DNA from: a virus
Length of the DNA stretch: 64,000 nucleotides
Strand: one strand, 5' to 3'
IMG/VR virus record: IMGVR_UViG_3300030387_000070
Under the pieces are notes generated by a model. It saw only the letters and a program-made list of their open reading frames with translations. It was not told where the DNA came from and did no database searches. The position numbers and the translations under genes are program-made. How positions within the stretch are numbered: position 1 is the stretch's first letter; each line of letters starts with the position of its first letter. Positions 9,969 to 16,670 of this stretch are shown here, in pieces.

Positions 9969-10655
9969 ATGATGGCTGATACTTATATTAAAATCTGGGA
10001 TACTTACGAGAGCTACTTCGAACCCCTTAGTGCTGCTGAGGTGGGGCGTCTGGTACTGGCGATGATGAAATACAAATCGTCTGGAACGGAGCCTGAACTT
10101 AACGGAAATGAGCGGTATGTTTGGCCTGCTGTGAAGAGAGATTTGGATAAAGATGCCGAATACATCGAAGGTAAGAGGATTTCTGGTAAAGCTGGTGGTT
10201 CATCAAGCAAGCGTAAGCAAAACGAAGCAAACGCAAGCAAAACAAAGCTAGAAAAAGAAAAAGAGAAAGAAAAAGATAAGATATCGTCTTCGTCTTGTGA
10301 TGAGATGACAACGACAAAACCTATCGAGGATGTTTTCCGAGAGAATATCGGGAAGCTTGGTGCTACTGGTCAAAAGGCTTTAGCAGAATATGTTAAGCGC
10401 ATGGGTGACGAACTTGTGCTTGCTGTGATTGGTAAGTGTTCTGATCTCGGCGGTAGCACATGGGCTTATGTGCGAAAAGCTCTTGATGAAGCAGAATCTC
10501 TTGGTTGCAAGACTGCTGATGATTATCGCCGGGCTTGTCCGATAGGGAGTGGTCGTAACACGAGAGTGGATAGACAATCTCCCAGTGGGAATGATTGGCT
10601 AAAAAATGCAACGAAACGTCGTTCACTAGTTAAAAGAGAACTGGAAACAGCATGA
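9969..10655 (+). CDS. putative replisome organizer / DnaD-like replication initiation protein
   Basis: The C-terminal region (GKLGATGQKALAEYVKRMGDELVLAVIGKCSDLG...YVRKALDEAESLG) is DnaD-like; a low-complexity Lys/Glu linker is encoded by DNA repeats. Confidence 0.4.
   Translation: MMADTYIKIWDTYESYFEPLSAAEVGRLVLAMMKYKSSGTEPELNGNERYVWPAVKRDLDKDAEYIEGKRISGKAGGSSSKRKQNEANASKTKLEKEKEKEKDKISSSSCDEMTTTKPIEDVFRENIGKLGATGQKALAEYVKRMGDELVLAVIGKCSDLGGSTWAYVRKALDEAESLGCKTADDYRRACPIGSGRNTRVDRQSPSGNDWLKNATKRRSLVKRELETA
10205..10280. repeat. iteron-like short direct repeats (AAGCAAA(A)C x3 plus GAAAAA x4) inside the replication-protein gene
   Basis: Seen directly: gtAAGCAAAACgAAGCAAACgcAAGCAAAACaaagc, then agaaaaagaaaaagagaaagaaaaag. 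Confidence 0.4.
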
Positions 10656-10670
10656 GTGGAGGTTTAAATT

Positions 10671-11072
10671 ATGGGACTGTTACTCGGTTTGGGTTTGCTT
10701 GGTGCAGCGTTTGGTATTGATGCAGTGAAGCAAGCACCGTTTGATAGGGCATATCGCCGTCTGGAAAATGAATGGGGAACTTGTACATCGGAAGAGAGTA
10801 AACGATGTGATGCTCTGAAATATGCCGTACAGAACGGTTTGTGCTTCGAGAATGAAAAGAAGCCTGTGATTGAGTGGCAGAAGCTGAGGGATCTTCAGTG
10901 GAAATATCAGCTGGCTGGCATCTCTTGGCCGAGAGAATCTGCGATTCGAGATGTGTGCCGTCTGGCGGCTCGTGACCGTGGATTTGAGTACAAAGGCTAT
11001 CTGCGAAACACGTTGACGTTTGGTTATATCACTGATCCGAAAAATATTTGCAAGCTTGGCATCGTAGATTGA
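10671..11072 (+). CDS. hypothetical protein
   Basis: RBS GGAGG upstream. Confidence 0.35.
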   Translation: MGLLLGLGLLGAAFGIDAVKQAPFDRAYRRLENEWGTCTSEESKRCDALKYAVQNGLCFENEKKPVIEWQKLRDLQWKYQLAGISWPRESAIRDVCRLAARDRGFEYKGYLRNTLTFGYITDPKNICKLGIVD

Positions 11073-11086
11073 AAGGAGATTTGAAA

Positions 11087-11392
11087 ATGAATAACACTCG
11101 TAGAAAAGCTATTAAGCAGACCATTGACCATTTTTGTTCCATCCGTAAGAAGCTGGAGGAACTTGTATCTGAGGTCGAAAGTGTAAAATCCGATGTTGAG
11201 GATATCCAGTGGGAAGAAGAAGAGTATCGTGATAATATGCCGGAGAACCTACAGGGAAGTGAACGGTATGACAAAGCAGATGAAGCTTGCACAAACCTGT
11301 CCGATGCTGTGGATGCTCTGGATGATATGATTGGTGCGTTGGATTTTGATTTTGGAGATGTGACTACATCTCTTGAGGAAGCAATGGAATGA
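11087..11392 (+). CDS. hypothetical acidic protein
   Basis: RBS AAAGGAGA before ATG 11087. Confidence 0.35.
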   Translation: MNNTRRKAIKQTIDHFCSIRKKLEELVSEVESVKSDVEDIQWEEEEYRDNMPENLQGSERYDKADEACTNLSDAVDALDDMIGALDFDFGDVTTSLEEAME

Positions 11393-11577
11393 TTAACAAA
11401 ACAAATCCATTGAGGAGAAATGCGTGGGCTGTGTTCTTGTACAGAGGTAGGCAAGTTTGTTCATACCTATTGCGTAATAGCAGTCTTGGTGATAAGGAAC
11501 GCATGGTAGAACTGCTGGCACGAAGGTACATGACAGAGCCTGAGAATATTGTTGTAGATATTGAATTTAGAGATTGA
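11389..11577 (+). CDS. hypothetical protein
   Basis: Start overlaps the upstream stop (ATGA). Confidence 0.3.
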   Translation: MINKTNPLRRNAWAVFLYRGRQVCSYLLRNSSLGDKERMVELLARRYMTEPENIVVDIEFRD

Positions 11578-11677
11578 GGTGATAGAGAATGACCGCATTT
11601 GTAATGTTTGCTTTTAATGTGGCACTGATAATAGCAGTGAATAATAGTCCGTTTGCGTTTTAAGTAGAGGCATGAAT

Positions 11678-11905
11678 ATGAAAGAACTGGAAGAAATTTA
11701 CAATCGATTATATGATGAATACATTGACGCTAGACGAGAGCATTTTGAGGCTGCTCTCGATATGAAAAAGAATGGTGACAGAATATATCTACATGGTAAA
11801 GTGCATGGGTTAGAAATTGCTATTAACATCGTCGATGAAGTGCTCGAAAAGGTTAAGGCAGAATATACCAAGGAAGCTTTTGACGTAGACCCATATAAAA
11901 CCTAA
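11678..11905 (+). CDS. hypothetical protein
   Basis: ATG 11678 sits 7 nt after AGAGG. Confidence 0.35.
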   Translation: MKELEEIYNRLYDEYIDARREHFEAALDMKKNGDRIYLHGKVHGLEIAINIVDEVLEKVKAEYTKEAFDVDPYKT

Positions 11906-11924
11906 ATTCTTTGGAGGATGGATA

Positions 11925-12137
11925 ATGAAGATTGAGCTAACTCTTAATGAAGCACGAGTGATTCAAGATGCACTTGATGTGACAAGTCTATGCAGGTCTG
12001 GATGTTATATGGGTTATAAGAGCGGCGACAAGGATTTGTGTTTTAGGCTTGAAAAAGATGGTAATTGGCATTGTAAGCTGATGCGAGAAATTGATTCCAT
12101 CAATGGCAAGCTTGAGGATGCAATGGACGGAAAGTGA
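11925..12137 (+). CDS. hypothetical Cys-containing protein
   Basis: RBS GGAGGATGG upstream. Confidence 0.35.
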   Translation: MKIELTLNEARVIQDALDVTSLCRSGCYMGYKSGDKDLCFRLEKDGNWHCKLMREIDSINGKLEDAMDGK

Positions 12138-12327
12138 TAAAATCCGGGTTCTTGTGGATATTTAACAAAAGGATGTGTGGACCGATGATATAACTATTGA
12201 TGACGTAGGATTATTAGTAAAATTTTGGTAATTTTGATAATTGTGTTGAATAATCTCTTTGTGCGGTGTATGCTTGAGACAACCTCAATACAAGATGGTC
12301 AAGCCAAAAGAATGTGAGGTTAATATA

Positions 12328-12462
12328 ATGTGGATTATGATAATTTTACTTATGGTATTGAATGCTGTGTGCGCATTTGGTCTGTTAGGAGCGCTTTCCG
12401 ACGCAGATGATCAGAGTGAGCGGCTGGAAATGAAACAGGGAAGGAATGGTCGAAATGGATAA
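12328..12462 (+). CDS. hypothetical small membrane peptide (44 aa)
   Basis: RBS TGAGGT upstream; hydrophobic N-terminus. Confidence 0.25.
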   Translation: MWIMIILLMVLNAVCAFGLLGALSDADDQSERLEMKQGRNGRNG

Positions 12463-12685
12463 TTTGAAACCGTGTCCATTCTGCGGTGGAGAAGTTACCA
12501 TAGCAGAGGGCGGTTATCGCCAAACACGATGGATGTATGTTACGAGAGGAAACAAAGAAAATAGGTGCAACTGCTATGTTATCATGGAAAGCAAAACTTA
12601 CGACTTTGATTCCTCTGAAATGGAAAAAGCAAAAATCAAAACCGACCTTATCGAAGCGTGGAATAAACGGATTTATAAAAACTAA
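12446..12685 (+). CDS. Lar-family restriction alleviation protein-like
   Basis: The N-terminal (M)DNLKPCPFCGG...CNC motif is the hallmark of the Lar family. Confidence 0.55.
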   Translation: MVEMDNLKPCPFCGGEVTIAEGGYRQTRWMYVTRGNKENRCNCYVIMESKTYDFDSSEMEKAKIKTDLIEAWNKRIYKN

Positions 12686-12704
12686 GATTTAGAAGGAGAT
12701 AATA

Positions 12705-12857
12705 ATGGGCGTATTAGTAGACCGGGAAACGGCAAAGAAAGTTGAAAGAATCTTTGAACATCCAAACGAAATCTACTCTGTATATCTCAAATCGTCTGAC
12801 GAAGCAGTCTGGCTCCAAGGAAAAGTTGAACTATACAAATATTTAAGAAGCTTGTAA
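12705..12857 (+). CDS. hypothetical small protein (50 aa)
   Basis: RBS AGAAGGAGA upstream. Confidence 0.3.
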   Translation: MGVLVDRETAKKVERIFEHPNEIYSVYLKSSDEAVWLQGKVELYKYLRSL

Positions 12858-12884
12858 AACTAAGTTCTACGGAGGAGATACATT

Positions 12885-13082
12885 ATGAAAAAGTTCGTTG
12901 CTCTTTTTGAAGGTTGGAATGATAAACACGATCATGAATGTATGTGCTATGTTATTGATGTGGATGATGACTTTGAAAGCATTTTGAGTGTTGAAGAACA
13001 GGCAGAGAGGATGGCTCGAAATGAATATCCTCATCTGAAAAGTTTTGAGACGCTTTACATCAAAGAACTGCTTAACAGATAA
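12885..13082 (+). CDS. hypothetical protein
   Basis: RBS GGAGGAGA upstream. Confidence 0.35.
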   Translation: MKKFVALFEGWNDKHDHECMCYVIDVDDDFESILSVEEQAERMARNEYPHLKSFETLYIKELLNR

Positions 13083-13101
13083 AACTAATCTTTTATAGGA
13101 G

Positions 13102-13680
13102 ATGACTTCGGTGATACTAACATTAGGTATCGACAATTTTGATAAAGACAAATTTGAAATTCCTCATAATTCAGAAAAATCACAGTTCTTGAATAAGCCG
13201 GCAGGAGGTTTGTGGGGTTCAACTTTTACTCCAAATTATAATTATGTAAGTGATTGGGCGATGTTTGTTTTTGAAAACGATTTTGCCACTTCTATATACC
13301 GCAATGGAATCGCATACGAGCTAAATTCTAACGCCAGAGTTTTAGACGTTGATACTCGTTATGATTTCGTCAAACTGTTGAAGAACTTTGGGTGCCTTTG
13401 GCTTCCTGGATGTGCTTTAATTTGCATTCAAAACAAACGATTTATAGATTGGGACAAGATTGTTAAGCTTTATGACGCAGTTCATTTTAGTCGAGAAGCG
13501 ATTATATCTTGTCGTTTTATAATGAATGAGGAACGATTGGATAATGGCAAAGTGTTTACTGTGTCCAATTTGTACTCGTATGATTGCGAGAGTTGGGTAG
13601 TGTGTAACCCCGATGTGATTGATATGAAATCGATTCGCAAGATCGAAATAGATAGTGAAGGACGATTGGTGAAAAGCTAA
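13102..13680 (+). CDS. hypothetical protein
   Basis: RBS TAGGAGATG upstream. Confidence 0.4.
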   Translation: MTSVILTLGIDNFDKDKFEIPHNSEKSQFLNKPAGGLWGSTFTPNYNYVSDWAMFVFENDFATSIYRNGIAYELNSNARVLDVDTRYDFVKLLKNFGCLWLPGCALICIQNKRFIDWDKIVKLYDAVHFSREAIISCRFIMNEERLDNGKVFTVSNLYSYDCESWVVCNPDVIDMKSIRKIEIDSEGRLVKS

Positions 13681-13699
13681 GTAAAAGGAGATGGCTACA

Positions 13700-14008
13700 A
13701 TGAAGCGAAGAGTAAATGGAGATAAGTTCAAACGTGCAAAACAGTACATTGACAATAATCTGGGGCCAACTGAATTTTTGGCTTTGTGTTATGACTTGTA
13801 TGATTTTGAGCATGGAGTAAATAATAAGCCGAGTGGTCCATTTAATAAGACTCTGGATGTTCTTGGAATGTGGGATGAAACAGACTCTGTGGCCGCAGCA
13901 ATCATGGACTCTGCACACAAGATGTTTGGAAAAATGGTGTTTATGCTGCTGGAAGACAATGTGACGGAATATCTGGACTATGATGTGGATTGTTTGCACA
14001 GTGATTGA
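13700..14008 (+). CDS. hypothetical protein
   Basis: ATG 13700 sits 9 nt after AAGGAG. Confidence 0.35.
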   Translation: MKRRVNGDKFKRAKQYIDNNLGPTEFLALCYDLYDFEHGVNNKPSGPFNKTLDVLGMWDETDSVAAAIMDSAHKMFGKMVFMLLEDNVTEYLDYDVDCLHSD

Positions 14009-14059
14009 TAAAACCAATATTTTTGAAAGGAAGGGATTCTTATTAACTCTAATTTGTTA

Positions 14060-14653
14060 ATGAATCGTGAGCAAAGTATTGCTATTGTGTGTATAATGTG
14101 CTTGCTGGCAGGGAATTTGATATCGAAGATTAGCCCGGTGAATCAGAACAATTCGTACCTTTATAATAGTAGTCCTCCGGCAATTAGTATTGTGCAACAA
14201 GAGGAAAAGGAACCAGAAGTCATTGTAGAGACTGTTACTGAAACGAAGGTGGTGAACTTTAGTCAGGGTAAACATGAGCTCACTGACGATGAGCGTGCTC
14301 TTGCGGAGCAGATTGTTGCTTGTGAAGCAGGTGCTGATAGTTTGGAAGGCCAAATGGCTGTGGCCCAATGTCTTTATGATTCCGCTGTGCTTGATGGTTT
14401 AACCATTCAGCAGGTCTTTAAGAAGTATGGTTATAGCTCCTTATATAATAGGAAGGTGACGGCAGAGAACGAACTGGCTGTGTCTATGGTATTTGATTAC
14501 GGCGCTAAGATTTCAGACAAACCCATTCAATGGTTTGTGACCCCGGCGTCAGCTCCCGGCAGTTGGCACGAGCGTGGAGCAACCTTTGCTGGACAATTTG
14601 GCGCACACAGGTTTTATTATGACGCGAAGCTGGTTGTGGATGATGCTGAGTAA
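14060..14653 (+). CDS. SleB-domain cell wall hydrolase with N-terminal membrane anchor
   Basis: Hydrophobic N-terminus; the SleB/Hydrolase_2-type core (ALAEQIVACEAGADSLEGQMAVAQCLYDSAVL...) is recognisable by eye. Confidence 0.6.
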   Translation: MNREQSIAIVCIMCLLAGNLISKISPVNQNNSYLYNSSPPAISIVQQEEKEPEVIVETVTETKVVNFSQGKHELTDDERALAEQIVACEAGADSLEGQMAVAQCLYDSAVLDGLTIQQVFKKYGYSSLYNRKVTAENELAVSMVFDYGAKISDKPIQWFVTPASAPGSWHERGATFAGQFGAHRFYYDAKLVVDDAE

Positions 14654-14686
14654 ATGGCATCATCTAAAATTTCGATAAATAATACA

Positions 14687-14738
14687 ACAAAAAGATGTGT
14701 AATATATTGACGAAAACAAAAAGATGTGTATAATATAT
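14687..14738. repeat. tandem 29-bp direct repeat (ACAAAAAGATGTGTA-ATATAT, two copies)
   Basis: Seen directly; overlaps the promoter at 14707-14734. Confidence 0.6.
14707..14734 (+). promoter_or_regulatory. sigma70-type promoter (TTGACG, 16 nt spacer, TATAAT)
   Basis: -35 at 14707-14712 and -10 at 14729-14734, upstream of the CDS at 14777. Confidence 0.45.
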
Positions 14739-14776
14739 CTTGAAAGTTGTTTATGTGAGCGGAAGGCGGTATTTCA

Positions 14777-15103
14777 ATGAGTGAGAAAAAGGTTTTGGAA
14801 ATTATACAGGTTGAGAACTTTTTGAAGTACATAAGAAAAAAGCGAGTGTGGGTTTGTTTTATTTGCAATGGTGTGGATGTTCACATGATCTGCAAAAAGA
14901 TGGATGACATTGGTGTAGAGACACATGGGATTGTCAAAGGCATTGAATTTTTTGGAAACGAAAGTCATGTTGAGTTGCGGCAAGAATGCTACGAAGTAAG
15001 GAGAGTTGAGTTTAGGCCGGGCGATAAAGAGAAAGCGTATGAGATGATCTTCAATAACACCAGCGTGTTTGTGTCAGAGAATCCCGAGTTGTACGGGCAC
15101 TAA
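14777..15103 (+). CDS. hypothetical protein
   Basis: ORF downstream of the promoter. Confidence 0.35.
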   Translation: MSEKKVLEIIQVENFLKYIRKKRVWVCFICNGVDVHMICKKMDDIGVETHGIVKGIEFFGNESHVELRQECYEVRRVEFRPGDKEKAYEMIFNNTSVFVSENPELYGH

Positions 15104-15122
15104 AAATATTTTCAAAAACCTC

Positions 15123-15151
15123 TTGACTTATATGGTTGTATCCTGTATAAT
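15123..15151 (+). promoter_or_regulatory. consensus sigma70 promoter (TTGACT, 17 nt spacer, TATAAT) overlapping an inverted copy of the 21-bp motif
   Basis: -35 at 15123-15128 and -10 at 15146-15151; motif copy GTATCCTGTATAATATAGCTATG at 15138-15160. Confidence 0.6.
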
Positions 15152-15194
15152 ATAGCTATGGAACGGAGCTACACTATTATAGAGGAGAAAGATT

Positions 15195-15614
15195 ATGGAC
15201 AACAATATTGACCCAAAGGTCGGAGAGGTTTGGTTGGTCGATTTGTCAAATGCGACAGGTCATCAGCAGCGCGGTATTCGACCGTTCGTTGTGACGAGCA
15301 ACAATAAGCGCAACTTCTTTAGCCCCACAATCAAAGGGAATCCATTGTCTTCCAGAATATACAAGCGCTCTCCGGTTCATGTTCTACTTTCAAAGGAAGA
15401 TTGTGATTTCTTAGAAGTTGACAGTATCGTTCTTTGTGAAGAGACTGACACGCTTAACAAAGGACAGTTCATCAAAAAACTTGGTGTCTTGTCGGAACGT
15501 CAGATGAATATGATTGCAATGGCAAGATGTAAGGATGAACCGTTTTTGCTCGCAGCATTCCTGAGCGGCGTACAACATACTATGGAATTTCAGAATTTTG
15601 CCGCATTTGCTTGA
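15195..15614 (+). CDS. MazF/PemK-family endoribonuclease toxin-like protein
   Basis: RBS GAGGAGAAAG upstream; the N-terminus VGEVWLVDLSNATGHQQRGIRPFVVTSNN and overall pattern match the PemK/MazF fold; no MazE-like antitoxin seen upstream. Confidence 0.65.
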   Translation: MDNNIDPKVGEVWLVDLSNATGHQQRGIRPFVVTSNNKRNFFSPTIKGNPLSSRIYKRSPVHVLLSKEDCDFLEVDSIVLCEETDTLNKGQFIKKLGVLSERQMNMIAMARCKDEPFLLAAFLSGVQHTMEFQNFAAFA

Positions 15615-15667
15615 TTTTTTATAATGTTTAATGGTACACTACATATAATAAGAAGGAGTGTGCCACT

Positions 15668-16594
15668 ATGCTTACTGAAGAAAAAATCAACGCTTTTGCC
15701 GAAAGGTATTCTGATAAAAGCGGTAAGTTTGTTGTATCGACACTTAACAATGTTATGATCTATGAGGCCGAGTGTGGGTATGAGTTGTTTGATTTTACAA
15801 AAAATGATTTTGTAAAGATGTTTGCAAAATACAATTGGGTGAACTCAAGTCGTTCATTTAGAAATGTGAAATCAATAATCACTGGCTACATCAAAAGTGA
15901 AGATCGTACAAGTTTGTATGACTTGGCTGAATTTTCGGAAAATGACGTAAGTTCAGACGATATGTATGCAGACAAGTATTTTGCATCGGTTGATGAATTT
16001 GTTGACTTATTAAATAAATACGAAGAGCCATATCAGATTCGTATGAACGTGATTGCTGTATTATACTGGATCGGACTTACCGCTGGTGAAATTGTTAATC
16101 TAACAATCAATGATGTTGATTTTGAATCTCGTACTGTTCTCAATAGGACTGGTATTGATGCGAGGTTGATGGATATCATCAAGCAGTGTTATGAAATGAA
16201 ACAATATGATGCTCCCAACATGGGAGGATACAGAACGTTTTATGTCATAAACGGTGATTACATCCTTCGCAAAACAGAGGACAGGACTGGAGCAGACAGT
16301 GACCCAAAGATATCTACAAATACAATTCATACCTATTTTATGAGATTGAATGATATTCTCGAAAAAAGAGGTTGTTCTAAGATTTTGGACCAAAGACATT
16401 TAACAAGAAACAACGAGTATATCAAGGTTTATGACTATTGCAAAACTCATCCAGAATTTAATCTTGTAGAACTTAGCTTCGGAAATGGTAAAGATCCTCT
16501 TGCAGACATTATCGGAAGAAAGTGTAGCAAGGTAGCCTATATTAGCTTCCGGCAAGGATACAAGGGCTGGATTGAGTATTTCCATAAAAATTAA
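15668..16594 (+). CDS. hypothetical protein (308 aa)
   Basis: RBS AAGGAG upstream. Confidence 0.4.
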   Translation: MLTEEKINAFAERYSDKSGKFVVSTLNNVMIYEAECGYELFDFTKNDFVKMFAKYNWVNSSRSFRNVKSIITGYIKSEDRTSLYDLAEFSENDVSSDDMYADKYFASVDEFVDLLNKYEEPYQIRMNVIAVLYWIGLTAGEIVNLTINDVDFESRTVLNRTGIDARLMDIIKQCYEMKQYDAPNMGGYRTFYVINGDYILRKTEDRTGADSDPKISTNTIHTYFMRLNDILEKRGCSKILDQRHLTRNNEYIKVYDYCKTHPEFNLVELSFGNGKDPLADIIGRKCSKVAYISFRQGYKGWIEYFHKN

Positions 16595-16598
16595 AAAT

Positions 16599-16621
16599 AG
16601 GGGCTTCGGCCCCTTAATTTT
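16599..16621 (+). terminator. rho-independent terminator (AGGGGC-TTCG-GCCCCT plus T-run)
   Basis: Perfect 6-bp GC stem with a TTCG loop followed by TAATTTT. Confidence 0.6.
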
Positions 16622-16628
16622 AACACGT

Positions 16629-16649
16629 TAGCTATATAATACAGGATAC
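16629..16649 (+). promoter_or_regulatory. 21-bp promoter-associated motif TAGCTATATAATACAGGATAC, direct copy
   Basis: Contains TATAAT at 16635-16640, about 20 nt before the RBS of the Pnkp-like gene. Confidence 0.5.
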
Positions 16650-16670
16650 TTATTAGAAAGGGAAATGTAG

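Noticed and set aside
12259-12327. 5' extension of track ORF 12259-12462
   Set aside because: No RBS; the shorter ORF from ATG 12328 has TGAGGT upstream.
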